Source: an uncultured Gammaproteobacteria bacterium
GTDB lineage: Bacteria > Patescibacteriota > Microgenomatia > UBA8517
Assembly: GCA_964599625.1 (NCBI GenBank)
Contig: CAZRGC010000001.1
Coordinates: 51,019 to 115,018 of the forward strand
DNA length: 64,000 bases
Direction of reading: 5' to 3'
The position numbers and the translations under genes were made by a program. The first letter of the stretch is position 1, and the number at the start of each line of letters is the position of its first letter. The notes below the pieces were generated by a model. The model worked only from the letters and a program-made list of their open reading frames with translations, was not told the DNA's origin and did no database searches. Positions 17,112 to 27,795 of this stretch are shown here, piece after piece.

Positions 17112-19591
17112 TTCGTTTTATTTGTAATGATCTGTTGCACGACTTGTAAGTCATTTTCATTAAACATCCTAAATCGTACAGAATTGTACTGATTATCACG
17201 GACTAAAATAGATTCTGGTTTTGATAACCCTTCATTTAGTATTTTTCTTTCCTCAGGTGTGGAGGAACCAAGTTCACCATATACCCAGTGATTTGCATAA
17301 TAATAAAATAACAACAATTCTCCATCTTCCCTTTTAATACTATGGTACGATCCTGCTCCACCTTTTGAGATGTATGCCTTACCATCGGGAAACGCTTTAT
17401 CAACCCACTCTGGAATAGTTTTTACTGCCTGTTTCACAAATTTACTCTGAACTCTTGCGAGTGTCTCTTCCTCCGTTTCGGGTGGTTTAGTAACTCTTAC
17501 CTTTACATCATCTACATCTTCTTCCTCACCCTTAACACCCCTCAAAACTTGGGAAAACCACTCAATTGCTGCCTCAGCTTCTCTTTGCAAAACAAAGTTG
17601 ATTTCCTTAATGTGTTTTACGGCATTACGGAAATCTTTAAGAGTAATGAATCGTTTTTCAGTTTCATACTTGGAACCAAAGAATTGCTCGAACTGATCCC
17701 AATTCTTTAGAATGAGGTTTGAGTAATCCATAATGTCGCATTGACACAGACGATCGTACGAATCCAATTTTTCTTCAGTGACAAAAGGATTCTTTCTCAA
17801 ATACTCGGCAATTTTTCCTTTAGCTTTTTCCTGTATATCCCCAGGAATTGCCTGATTCCAATAATCTTTTCCGAATTTGTTTGTAAGTTGGCTATTAATC
17901 AGAAGTCGCAATTTTAGTTCGATATCGTCCAACGCTTTGTTTGCATTAACTCCCAAAATTTGAATAATCTTGGAACCTGTTAGTCGCTCAAATTCCTTTT
18001 TGATTAATTCGGAACGTTCTTTGATAAACATTCGATAGTCGTCCTGTTGAATGGCATCTGAGTATTTAATGAGATGTGTTTCCAAAGTATCGCTAAACTC
18101 GGAATTTTCGCTTTGATAATGGGCAAAATAATCGCTTGGTTTCTGATCGAGAATATCTTTATTGAGTTCGGCAGGAATAAAACAGAAATTGGCTATTAAA
18201 TTTTCCCCACCAACTTTGTTACGTTGTAAGTAACGCTTCGGGAAAATGTGATGTTTCTCAGGGCTATTAAAACTTGAATAGTATTTATGATCCATTGGGA
18301 TAATGCCGTTTGCTTCAAAATGTCTAGGGTTTCTACTTGCCAACATACAGAAGATAGCGTTTCTAAGTGCGGATTTTGTACCAATAGTTGTAGTAGCTAT
18401 TTTGTCTTCATCCGCCGTAATTGTGAAATTGATTTTTACATCTTTGTTGTTCAACAATTTATCGAATATTTCTCTTCGATCCTCACCCATCTTGCTTTCC
18501 ATTGCCGCCGTATACCTTTCGCTTAGAGCTGCCTTCCAAAACCATTCATGTACTACGTCTGTCATATCCTTGGATAATGCTCGCCCATCTGTTTTGAAAT
18601 ACAAGTAAGCTAGCAAGGGGATGAAGGAAGGGTAAGGAGTAAATTCAAAGATTCGTACACCTAAGTTTGCAGATAGATGTTCAACAGATAATTCAATCGC
18701 ATTGGAAATTTCATCCCAATTGTCCTTTATCTCATCCCGTTTCAATTGCAATTGGTAAATTTTGCTGCAAAATCCTTTTAAGATCAGAGAAATGGCATGG
18801 GTGACAACCTCGGGAGTAATGTCTCCAAATCCTTTTGATGCAATTTTTTCTCGTAGTTCGTTGTATTTTTCTTTAAGATCGAAATCCTCACCCCAAGTAC
18901 TAGCAACTACCAAGTCGAATAGAGAAAGTTTTTTACCACCCTGATTGATACGTTCAAAGATAACACTCGCATTATTTAGTTCGACGTTGTATACAGTCAC
19001 AACGCTGAGAGGATAGGTGGTAAAAATCCGATGACATTCCATAAACACTTCCTGTCGTTCGGGAGACATTTTGCGAAACAATTGCATATGATCCTCTCCC
19101 AACACTTTGTATAGGGGGATATATCTGTCGCTTTCTCTCTTTACTTCAAATACTGATTGGTTACCATTGTCGTCGGGTTCTTTTTTGTAGTAATCCAAGT
19201 CTAGGCAGATTTGTGAACAGTCTACTAATTTTGTTTTATTGCCGTCCTTGAATTCAACTCTGATTCCATACCAAGCCGCATAAAGTGAGCAGATGCGTTG
19301 TTGCCCATCCAGGATGAATTTAATTTTTTCATCAACTCTTGGTTTGGGAGGTGTGATTCCAAGTTCAGGTAAGTCCCGATAAAAAAGGTTGTATTTGCCA
19401 GTAGTTTCCCAAAGGAAAAAACTACCGATTGGATATTCTTTGTAGATACTATCCAATAAAGCCACAATCTTGCTTCGTTCCCATACAAAATCCCTTTGAA
19501 ATCGAGGAACACGCAAGGTACCCTCTTTCAGGTATGTAAGTAGTGAAATGATTTGTTTATTCCCTTCGGATTCTATTTTTGGCAATTTCAT
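17108..19591 (-). CDS. GmrSD-like protein (DUF262 + HNH/DUF1524) fused to a Swt1-like HEPN domain
   Basis: VPRFQRDFVW, ILDGQQR, FERINQGG; EKHHIFP..IANFCFI..LN; IELKLR...KNWDQF...FRNAVKH (RxxxxH). Confidence 0.85.
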   Translation of the reverse strand: MKLPKIESEGNKQIISLLTYLKEGTLRVPRFQRDFVWERSKIVALLDSIYKEYPIGSFFLWETTGKYNLFYRDLPELGITPPKPRVDEKIKFILDGQQRICSLYAAWYGIRVEFKDGNKTKLVDCSQICLDLDYYKKEPDDNGNQSVFEVKRESDRYIPLYKVLGEDHMQLFRKMSPERQEVFMECHRIFTTYPLSVVTVYNVELNNASVIFERINQGGKKLSLFDLVVASTWGEDFDLKEKYNELREKIASKGFGDITPEVVTHAISLILKGFCSKIYQLQLKRDEIKDNWDEISNAIELSVEHLSANLGVRIFEFTPYPSFIPLLAYLYFKTDGRALSKDMTDVVHEWFWKAALSERYTAAMESKMGEDRREIFDKLLNNKDVKINFTITADEDKIATTTIGTKSALRNAIFCMLASRNPRHFEANGIIPMDHKYYSSFNSPEKHHIFPKRYLQRNKVGGENLIANFCFIPAELNKDILDQKPSDYFAHYQSENSEFSDTLETHLIKYSDAIQQDDYRMFIKERSELIKKEFERLTGSKIIQILGVNANKALDDIELKLRLLINSQLTNKFGKDYWNQAIPGDIQEKAKGKIAEYLRKNPFVTEEKLDSYDRLCQCDIMDYSNLILKNWDQFEQFFGSKYETEKRFITLKDFRNAVKHIKEINFVLQREAEAAIEWFSQVLRGVKGEEEDVDDVKVRVTKPPETEEETLARVQSKFVKQAVKTIPEWVDKAFPDGKAYISKGGAGSYHSIKREDGELLLFYYYANHWVYGELGSSTPEERKILNEGLSKPESILVRDNQYNSVRFRMFNENDLQVVQQIITNKTK

Positions 19592-19593
19592 AT

Positions 19594-20295
19594 TTATTTA
19601 ACCTTTTTGATAAAACCTAAATATTTATCTACATCCAAAGCAGGAACAGAGCCAAGTTGTCGAAGTTGTTCAATTAGTTTGAGTAAAAAGAACGCTAGTA
19701 TTGTGGCTCCTTTTTGTTCAAATATTTCTTTCTCGTTTACAATCTTTATTCCGTAGCTTAAGCAAACGACAAAAGATAATGCCGAACCTAATTTAACGTT
19801 CTCGTATGAGGGCTTACTTCCGTGTTCTTTGGTTAATATCCCTCCAAATATATTAAATGGTTCCTTTTTGTTTTTTCCGAGAATATGAGCGAAGCTGGCA
19901 GACGTTTTTTTCAATTCTTGAACACTTTTAAGTTTTTTGATTGCATATTCAAGGTTCGACTTGTTTAATTGTTGTTTGACTTCAAAAACGGCATAAACTC
20001 CCTCCGATGGTATATAAACAACATTTTCTCCCCGAAAAATAAATGGGGTGAAATGCCTATCATAAATAATGATGTCAATTTGTTCACTTATATTTCCTTT
20101 ATGATCTACCACAAAACCATTGTCCACGCTGTACCTTTCTGGTAAATAATTTCGTAGGAGTCCTATCCAATTCAGTTCCGTTTCGTTGCCCTTTGCCGAT
20201 GGATGATATATTTCATCAATCTTGCTCGACAATTTAAGTCTCATTTCTTCATCGAGAGCATTAAATAGTTTTTGCATGTTGATTTTTTTAGACAT
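19594..20295 (-). CDS. nucC: CBASS effector endonuclease NucC
   Basis: HP..KG..TE..W..LL..YLPERY, VD..G..SEQIDIIIYDR, IPSEGVYAVFEVKQ, C-terminal LGSVPALD..Y; ATG at 20295. Confidence 0.9.
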   Translation of the reverse strand: MSKKINMQKLFNALDEEMRLKLSSKIDEIYHPSAKGNETELNWIGLLRNYLPERYSVDNGFVVDHKGNISEQIDIIIYDRHFTPFIFRGENVVYIPSEGVYAVFEVKQQLNKSNLEYAIKKLKSVQELKKTSASFAHILGKNKKEPFNIFGGILTKEHGSKPSYENVKLGSALSFVVCLSYGIKIVNEKEIFEQKGATILAFFLLKLIEQLRQLGSVPALDVDKYLGFIKKVK

Positions 20296-20300
20296 AGTTT

Positions 20301-21074
20301 TTACCAAACAATTTGATTCCAATTTGAGTTTTTTATCGCTTCTCTTGCTTTATTTTTTACAGCACTTTTTTCTGTTTGTGTTAATAGATCAGAAAGGATA
20401 TTTCCCGAGTTGGCAGGATCGACTAAATAGGAATCTAAAGGATTATCGTTGTATTTAGCCAGTTCCGTTAAAACATGCCACGCATTGTTTCCTAGTTTGT
20501 CAATTCCAGTAGGGTAAAATTTCAGGATGTTAGTAACTATTAAGTATTCAAGATAGATTGATGGAAATTCAAGTTTGTTAAGTTCTCGCCACACCTTAAG
20601 GATTTTTATTTCATTCGTCCTACCCGAATTAGAAATGTCGTCTATATGTTTTTGAATATTAGTCTGTTTCCTCGTGTCTTGCTTAGAAACATATAGCCAA
20701 TGATCGTTAGTGTATCCAGGTTGTTTCCGTGCAGGTGTAACGTCTACCATTAAGCCGTTAAGGTTTAATCTTATGGAAACATTTTGTTTTCTAACACCAC
20801 TATAAATACTACTGATTTTTGAATATAGTGATTCATAAATCCCTTTTAATCCACCAGTATTTTCATTGCAATTGCTAGTTAATGAAACGAGATAATCTAC
20901 ATCTGACGCAATTGATATAGCTGTACCTTTAGCTCGTGATCCTGAGTCCAAAATATCTAAATAGCAAGTATTTGCCCATGTCTTTAGAATTGATTTCAGA
21001 GTGACAATTGAACTCGAATAGGGTGATAAGTTTCGTGCCTGGTATTTTAATAAAATTTGTTCAAGATATGTCAT
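20301..21074 (-). CDS. cGAS/DncV-like nucleotidyltransferase (CD-NTase/SMODS), CBASS cyclase
   Basis: SGSRAKGTAI..SDVD, RKQNVSI, VDVTPA, IKILKVWR, FPSIYLE, DPAN..N; adjacent to nucC. Confidence 0.9.
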   Translation of the reverse strand: MTYLEQILLKYQARNLSPYSSSIVTLKSILKTWANTCYLDILDSGSRAKGTAISIASDVDYLVSLTSNCNENTGGLKGIYESLYSKISSIYSGVRKQNVSIRLNLNGLMVDVTPARKQPGYTNDHWLYVSKQDTRKQTNIQKHIDDISNSGRTNEIKILKVWRELNKLEFPSIYLEYLIVTNILKFYPTGIDKLGNNAWHVLTELAKYNDNPLDSYLVDPANSGNILSDLLTQTEKSAVKNKAREAIKNSNWNQIVW

Positions 21075-21075
21075 A

Positions 21076-24000
21076 TTATTTTTCTTCTACAATCGCAATT
21101 TCCTCTGGAGTCAGATCGTAAAGTTCATAAATTTTTTGATCAATATATGTTTCTAATTTACGTATTTCTGTATTTTCAAGATTTATGTTCTTAGATAATT
21201 TCAATATTTCATCCACAAGTTCTATGATAATATTCTGTTTAGCTGGCGGCTTCGGAATGATAAGTGAACCCCTTACCGAGGAAGGATATGTGTGTGAAGT
21301 AGATCCCTGTAAACTTTCTGTAGCAAATCTTTTTCTGTAATAAAATTGCTGCAATTTTGACATCAGAAAAGCTAGCGCATATTTAAGATCTAATTTTTCT
21401 TCTAATAGCTTGTAACCTGAAAAATTAGTTTTTAACTCAGATCCATTAAGCGAAGCGTAGGGGACTACTAATACATTCCCATCATCTGTAAACATTTTTG
21501 AGTTATCATATGCAGCAGCAATTCTATGCCCTTTATCAGATACTTTTCGAATCGCTATTTTTTCATTTTCAAACAACTCTGGACTTCTCGATCCATACAT
21601 ATCTTCTTTTCGATAGTCTAGCCATAAACCTCGATAAGACACATGCCATCTATGGACATCCTTTCCCTCAAAAAACCTTTTTGCATTGCCAACAGGAACG
21701 TTGTTTACGACATCACTTTTACTAAATTTACCCTTTACTTTACTTGAGGGTTGAACACCATAGTTCACATAAAAATAGTTGCCAAATCTTGCAGATTTAT
21801 TTTCAAGTTTTTTGAGTAGATCTTCTTCAGTATTATTAATTGATAATACAAACTGGTGTGTTGGTTGTTGTAGCCATAATTTATTATTTACTGTATTTAA
21901 CAGAACTATTTCACCATTTGTTTCTTTGTTGCCAAAAATATTTATTGAATAGTTTTTTAGTACTCTCTTGGTGGCTACAAATACAGTTGTTCTTCTAGAA
22001 ACATTTTCAAAAACATTAATATCTGTAAACTCTAAAATATTGTCTAATGCCATGTTGTTTAATAAAAACTCTCTTACAGCTTTAGCGTATTTTTCTTTTA
22101 ATATTGGGTTAGGGACGATGAATGATATTGCCCCATTGAAGCCAAGTATTTTATGTCCAAGCGCAACAAATGCGACATATAAGTCCCAGTGTCCAGTTAA
22201 AAATGGATATTCCTTTAATCCAGCTTTAATAATTTTTCTCATTTCTGGATCGTCTTTTTCCATTTGCCACGCGCTCACATACGGTGGATTTGCTATAACC
22301 ACATCAAATCCACCTTTGTTTTCAAATACCTCGCTGTAATTTAATTTCCAAAGGAAAAAGGGACGGATGTTGGCTTTTTTATATTTTTCGACTTGCGTCA
22401 TCAATGATTCTTTTCCTTGTTCCCGAAGTGTGGCCTCGATAAGTTCCCAAGTTAGGGATTCTATTCTTTTTTTGATCTGATCTTTTTCTTTTTTATGTGA
22501 TGTATTGAAAAATTCTTTTTGTAACCGTTTCAAATCTTTAGCCTTTTCTTTAGCTTCACTTTCCTGATCGAATAGTCCCGTGTTCTCAATTGTCGGTTTT
22601 GGTTTGTCGGTTAATTTTTTTAACGCCTTATTATTCTTTTGTAACTCGGCCTCGATTTGTTGTTTTTTGATTCCTGTAAACTCTCCCTTTTGGTACAGTT
22701 GGACAAACTCCCGTGACAACTCACTTATTTTTGCCTTCAAACTTTCGATTTGGGCCGTATTGTCAAACACTGATTTCGTGAACAAATCCTCGTCAAATAG
22801 TTTTATTCCTTCAAACTCTTCCAATAGGCTATTGCCTTGCATGATTTTGTAATCTAGGTTTGGTAGTGGCTTGATTTTTTTAATATCTTGTTCGTCAACG
22901 ATGAGCGATAGCCATAAACGGAGTTTGGCTATTTCAGTAGCCCCAGGATCGATGTCTACCCCGTATAGGCTATGTTGGATCGCATGGTGTTTGAACGCAT
23001 ATATTGATCTGTCGCCATCTACAAAGTAGCTAGAAATGGTGTTTCGTACCCGTATAATCTCTGTCATCATCCCTACCAAAAATGCCCCCGAACCGACGGC
23101 GGGATCGCATACACGGATACTTGCCAATGCGTCATCTATTTGTTTGGCGTTATTTCTAATACTTTCTGGTAATTTATAGGAATAGGTATCGGTTTCCTCG
23201 CCGATCTCGGTAACCCTTGTGTCATGTTCTACTGCTGCCTCGCCAATTTGAACCAATGTCTCAATATCTTCCTTTTCAGCCTTTCCCTCTAGTTCCGTTG
23301 CCAAATAGTTCACCAAACTTTCTTGGCACATGTAGTGGACAATCTCACGGGGTGTATAGTACGTGCCTTTTGATTTTCTATCCCTAACCTCTAGTAGGTT
23401 CTCAAAAACCTTACCTAACATCTCGGGATCGACGGCTACCTCTCGCTCTAACGGCTCATCTTCTTTGACTGTAAAATTGTATCTGTCAAAAATATCTAAA
23501 ATCCCGTCTCCAGTATCACCTTCTTTTGTGGTGTTTTTATTTGAAAATAATTTATTAGGCAAATTTATTTGAGTGTCAGTCCATGAATAACCACTAATAG
23601 GATCAAATAATCCTCCGTTGAGGAAAGGTATTTTACATTTGAACAAAGGGTTAAAATGATCGACATCCGATCTATCCCTAGCTAGAGCGTCGTAAAAAAG
23701 TGGTTCAAGAACGTCGTTGAAAAAATTTTCGTAAGCAAGAACTTTTCCATCAAACAAGTCTCGCAAAAATGTTTTCGATCCAGTACCCCAATCTTTACCC
23801 ATTTCTACTCCGAACCAGCCCTTCTTCTGTAAAAAGTATAAGAAAACAATTTGTCCAAGCAATTTTTTAGTAAAATCTATAGTCTCAATATTTTTATCTT
23901 TGAAATCGTTTTCAATCTGAGGATCGGCCTTGACGATTTTATCCAATGCCTCTTTTGTTTCTAGGAATAACTGTTTGTATTTCTCGAAAAACTCTTTGGT

Positions 24001-24588
24001 AACAACCTCGACGCTAAACACTTTTTCCAAATCGGTTAGGGTAGGGGGAGCATCTTCTTTTATAAGTGTCGGTATTAATTGTTTTTGGGCCGTATGAGTG
24101 TTTTCGTTTTCGCCAACCAAGAAGGAAAATCGTTTGGCAGGGGTTAATTCGGTGATTGTTTTAAGTCGCCCTGCATCAGATTTGCCCAATCGGTATTCCA
24201 TTTTGACTAGCGATAACCGCCAGTCGGTAAGATTTGGTGGCACAAAAGCAACTATTGCCGCATCTTTTGCGTCTCTATTTTTAAGATAATCCGCTACAAA
24301 ATTTCTTTGCGTAGTTCTAGCTCTTTCGAGAGTTTCATTTTTTTCAAGGTAGACAGCAAGTATATCTATTTTGTTGTTATCAGAATCAGTGAAAGTTCCA
24401 AAGCGTTCATATGTTTTTATTGTAGGGTTAGTTTTTTTGAATTTATCTTTAACATATCCATGAGCATGGAATGCTTTTGTTTCGTCGAATTTCCTAAAAA
24501 GATTTTTTGTGAAGATCAAGAAGCGATCCCGATCGTAAGGGTTTTCAAATGTACTTTTGACTAGGTTGATTGCTGATTGTTTGTTCAT
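21076..24588 (-). CDS. Type IIG (Eco57I-like) restriction-modification enzyme, N6-adenine methyltransferase with TRD
   Basis: LYFLQKKGW, PFLNGGLF, DPEMLGKVFE, GTYYTPREIV, DPAVGSGAFL, FDVVIANPPY, C-terminal IDQKIYELYDLTPEEI. Confidence 0.9.
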   Translation of the reverse strand: MNKQSAINLVKSTFENPYDRDRFLIFTKNLFRKFDETKAFHAHGYVKDKFKKTNPTIKTYERFGTFTDSDNNKIDILAVYLEKNETLERARTTQRNFVADYLKNRDAKDAAIVAFVPPNLTDWRLSLVKMEYRLGKSDAGRLKTITELTPAKRFSFLVGENENTHTAQKQLIPTLIKEDAPPTLTDLEKVFSVEVVTKEFFEKYKQLFLETKEALDKIVKADPQIENDFKDKNIETIDFTKKLLGQIVFLYFLQKKGWFGVEMGKDWGTGSKTFLRDLFDGKVLAYENFFNDVLEPLFYDALARDRSDVDHFNPLFKCKIPFLNGGLFDPISGYSWTDTQINLPNKLFSNKNTTKEGDTGDGILDIFDRYNFTVKEDEPLEREVAVDPEMLGKVFENLLEVRDRKSKGTYYTPREIVHYMCQESLVNYLATELEGKAEKEDIETLVQIGEAAVEHDTRVTEIGEETDTYSYKLPESIRNNAKQIDDALASIRVCDPAVGSGAFLVGMMTEIIRVRNTISSYFVDGDRSIYAFKHHAIQHSLYGVDIDPGATEIAKLRLWLSLIVDEQDIKKIKPLPNLDYKIMQGNSLLEEFEGIKLFDEDLFTKSVFDNTAQIESLKAKISELSREFVQLYQKGEFTGIKKQQIEAELQKNNKALKKLTDKPKPTIENTGLFDQESEAKEKAKDLKRLQKEFFNTSHKKEKDQIKKRIESLTWELIEATLREQGKESLMTQVEKYKKANIRPFFLWKLNYSEVFENKGGFDVVIANPPYVSAWQMEKDDPEMRKIIKAGLKEYPFLTGHWDLYVAFVALGHKILGFNGAISFIVPNPILKEKYAKAVREFLLNNMALDNILEFTDINVFENVSRRTTVFVATKRVLKNYSINIFGNKETNGEIVLLNTVNNKLWLQQPTHQFVLSINNTEEDLLKKLENKSARFGNYFYVNYGVQPSSKVKGKFSKSDVVNNVPVGNAKRFFEGKDVHRWHVSYRGLWLDYRKEDMYGSRSPELFENEKIAIRKVSDKGHRIAAAYDNSKMFTDDGNVLVVPYASLNGSELKTNFSGYKLLEEKLDLKYALAFLMSKLQQFYYRKRFATESLQGSTSHTYPSSVRGSLIIPKPPAKQNIIIELVDEILKLSKNINLENTEIRKLETYIDQKIYELYDLTPEEIAIVEEK

Positions 24589-27500
24589 TCACTTATTAGA
24601 TATTCTGACAATATAACTTCCCTTGGCCCTGCTACCTGAGCCGAACTTTCAGCCAGAGTTTCTTTGAAAAACTCCGAGGGAATACTGACTTTGAGAATCG
24701 ACAATAGCTTTAATGGGTTGAATTTTTCACCTAATTCTTTATTTAGTAGTTTGAGTAAGTCCTTGGCAGTCCGTTTTGGCAATGCCCCTTCCTCTAAAAT
24801 CCTAATAACACTATTGATATATGCCTCGTCCTCGTCTGTAAAACCTTTGAAGTATTTAATCTCTTTAGATCGGAGTATTTTGACTATTTGAACCAAACTA
24901 TCTCGGCCTTTTTTGGATTGAACCTCCTGTGCCTCTTCTGTCGTTGTTTCGACAAACGCCTGTTTGTTCATAGCTAGTAGATCGTAGAAATCCTCGCCGA
25001 TATTTTCCCGTTTGGTATCTTTGTTAACCTCCAATAGTTTTGCTGCTGTAATGAAGTCTAGTTCGTTGGCTTCCTTGTCTGCCGAATAGAACTTTTGCAA
25101 TTTGCCCTTACGGAAAAATGTCAGCAGGCTATTATGTTTGCCGTCGCTATATTTTCTTGCGGTTCTGGCTTTTTTAGGTAGTCTTTTGATCGTTTCAAAC
25201 AGATCTGGATTGTTATCCCGAATATCACGAATGATATGTAGATATTTCAAATCGCTCTCTTCGCTCTCATCCTCGCCAGTAATCGTTTCCTTAGATGTAA
25301 GTTTTAACCAAAGATCGTGGGATTTAATTTCCTCACCTTCGGTTAGTAGTTTTGCATCTGCACCAAGTAGTTCAATAAATGCTTCAATTTTTGCTTCGGC
25401 TGCCTCGTTTAATTTGATCTGATCGTTTGATTGTTGTGTTGGGAAGAAATTGTAGGTGTAAATCTTTTCGTGTTTAGTATCGACTCGATTGATACGCCCT
25501 GTCCGTTGCATCAGCCTGGTTGGATTCCAGGGAATATCATAATTGATGACGCAATTGGATCGATGTAAATTGACACCCTCTGACAGAACTTCTGTTGCGA
25601 TCAGGATTCGGTAGTCATCGTGTGGAAATCTGGCTTGAGCGTCAAAATTCTCAATGACTTTTTCTCTAATGACTGCCGATGATCCTCCGTGATAGGCCAA
25701 TACCTGATCGGGGAATTTCTGGCCAAGGTTTTTTTCTAGATACTCGGCGGTTTCCTTTGATTCGGTAAAGATAATAAGTTTGTTGTCTTGTAATACCTTT
25801 TGGCTTGAAAGTGCATCAATAAATTTTGCTAGTTTAGGATCTCGATTGATCCGACGCCACATTTTTGCAATATCTCGCAAAATATTTAAGTCGTTTTCCA
25901 AATCTGTCTTGAATGTATCCTCAAATTCTGTCGATGAGTAGCGTTGCGCCTTATCTTCATCTATTAATTTTTGAATGGCTACTTCATCATCATTGTCTAG
26001 TAATTCAAATATCTTACTGATATGTTTTTTGCTGACATAAACATTTCCTTTATCAAATTCGGCAAGGAAACTCTCGTATGAGGATATAAACCGATCCAAT
26101 GTATTCCTAAATGCAAAGAAGCTACTTTCAAGCCGTTTAACTAAAAGGATTTTCATAAATCGGCCCATGTTCTTTTGTCCTTGTTCTTCACCTTGGGGAA
26201 TATCGCCTTTGTAGTACAGAAGTGGCATATAACGGGCGTATTTGAATTTTTGGGCGATCAACTCAATTGTCTTGGTGAAAATTTCATTCTCTTCATCATC
26301 TAATTCGTAAAACAATGGCTCGGGATCGGCCACATCGGGGAATCGTAGTTTTTGTTGTGCCAAATCTTTGCCAAAATACTTAACAATTTCCGATCTGGTT
26401 CGACGAACCATCAAATACTTAAGTACCTTTTCCCGAATATCGCTTGCGTTTTGACGTACTGTTTCCAAATACTCACTGCGGTTAGTTTTGCGATCCAAAT
26501 CTTTAAGTTTTTTCTCCAGTCCCGAGAAAAACATTTCAAGGTTGGGTAGGTTTGGAATAGTACTCTTTTTGGCCTTTTGGAATAGTTTAATCTGGCTCAA
26601 TATATCCTTGGGTGAATTGTTGTAGGGTGTGGCCGTAACCAAAATGACTCTTTTCCCTCGGCAAATCTGGGCTAGTTTTTCATAGGTAACATTATCTTCT
26701 GTTCTAAATCGGTGGGCTTCGTCAATAAACACATTTTTATATTTATCGGTGCCTCTCTCTGCTAATTTTTCTAATTTTCCTAATGATTCAAAATCTGCCG
26801 ATACCTTAAAATCTGAAAACACGTTTGGCCATGAACCTGGGTTATCACGATCGAGTAGCACAGGTGGGGCAATGACTAAATTTCGGCCATCAAGTTGATT
26901 GGCAAGCATGGCAGAAATGTATGTTTTACCCAAACCAACAACATCGGATAGGAAAACACCCCCATACTCTTCTAAAATCTTTTTAGCGTTCAATACGGCT
27001 TGTTCCTGATACTCTAGTTTTCTGAATTTCTCTGGTGTGTATTTATAGAATACGTCTTCGGTACGGCTAATCTGATCCTTGAAGTATTCGTATAGGAATT
27101 TTAAGTAGAGTTGGTAGGGAGTAATTGTATTGTTTAGCCATGTCTTGTCATTGACTGTTTCAATATATTTTTCGGACACATCAACGGAGTCTTTCCAAAG
27201 ATCGTTAAATTTATCCTGTGCGAATTTATGATCTGAAGCAGTCTTTAGTTCAACGTTGAATTCTAGATTGTCAGCTAGTCCTTTTTGGGAAAAATTGCTT
27301 GATCCCGTGATAACTCTCCCAACGTCCCGATCTCCCTCTTTGAATGTGAGAATGTATAGTTTGGCGTGGATGTTTGCCGTAGGATATGCCCGAATCTCTA
27401 ACTTGCCGCTTTTAATCCATTCAATGAATTTTTGAACACCTTTTTCGATTGTTGGGGTGTCTTCCGAATCTTCAAGCTCCGATGCTATTAAATTGGAAAA

Positions 27501-27773
27501 CTCTTCTTTAGCCTCTACATGGGAAAAACTCAAACTTAATTGCTCTTCGGCTGCTCTAATGTTTTCAAGAGTATCTCTTCCTGTGCCTATACCTATTAGA
27601 ATTCTGATTTTTTCGGTGTTTTCGAGTACAGGGTAGAGCTTATAAAACCCGCTAGAGTAGAAATAACCAACCAGTACATCAAAATATCGGGTGTCTTTTA
27701 TCAAAACACGGAACCGCTCCAAAAGACTTTGATTGTTCTCGTTGGTTATGAATGTTAAATCTGTATTATTCAT
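24585..27773 (-). CDS. PLD-nuclease plus SNF2-type helicase fusion (RM-associated)
   Basis: VGYF, IHAKLY, GSSNFS..GL..NLEFN; LSDVVGLGKT, IDEAHRFR, TATP, SEGVNL, QRTGRINR. Confidence 0.9.
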   Translation of the reverse strand: MNNTDLTFITNENNQSLLERFRVLIKDTRYFDVLVGYFYSSGFYKLYPVLENTEKIRILIGIGTGRDTLENIRAAEEQLSLSFSHVEAKEEFSNLIASELEDSEDTPTIEKGVQKFIEWIKSGKLEIRAYPTANIHAKLYILTFKEGDRDVGRVITGSSNFSQKGLADNLEFNVELKTASDHKFAQDKFNDLWKDSVDVSEKYIETVNDKTWLNNTITPYQLYLKFLYEYFKDQISRTEDVFYKYTPEKFRKLEYQEQAVLNAKKILEEYGGVFLSDVVGLGKTYISAMLANQLDGRNLVIAPPVLLDRDNPGSWPNVFSDFKVSADFESLGKLEKLAERGTDKYKNVFIDEAHRFRTEDNVTYEKLAQICRGKRVILVTATPYNNSPKDILSQIKLFQKAKKSTIPNLPNLEMFFSGLEKKLKDLDRKTNRSEYLETVRQNASDIREKVLKYLMVRRTRSEIVKYFGKDLAQQKLRFPDVADPEPLFYELDDEENEIFTKTIELIAQKFKYARYMPLLYYKGDIPQGEEQGQKNMGRFMKILLVKRLESSFFAFRNTLDRFISSYESFLAEFDKGNVYVSKKHISKIFELLDNDDEVAIQKLIDEDKAQRYSSTEFEDTFKTDLENDLNILRDIAKMWRRINRDPKLAKFIDALSSQKVLQDNKLIIFTESKETAEYLEKNLGQKFPDQVLAYHGGSSAVIREKVIENFDAQARFPHDDYRILIATEVLSEGVNLHRSNCVINYDIPWNPTRLMQRTGRINRVDTKHEKIYTYNFFPTQQSNDQIKLNEAAEAKIEAFIELLGADAKLLTEGEEIKSHDLWLKLTSKETITGEDESEESDLKYLHIIRDIRDNNPDLFETIKRLPKKARTARKYSDGKHNSLLTFFRKGKLQKFYSADKEANELDFITAAKLLEVNKDTKRENIGEDFYDLLAMNKQAFVETTTEEAQEVQSKKGRDSLVQIVKILRSKEIKYFKGFTDEDEAYINSVIRILEEGALPKRTAKDLLKLLNKELGEKFNPLKLLSILKVSIPSEFFKETLAESSAQVAGPREVILSEYLISE

Positions 27774-27795
27774 TTTCTTAATTCTCTTTTTTAAT

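Noticed and set aside
21076-27773. DISARM or BREX system
   Set aside because: No DrmA/DrmB (DUF1998), PglZ or BrxC; only a PLD-SNF2 plus IIG MTase pair.
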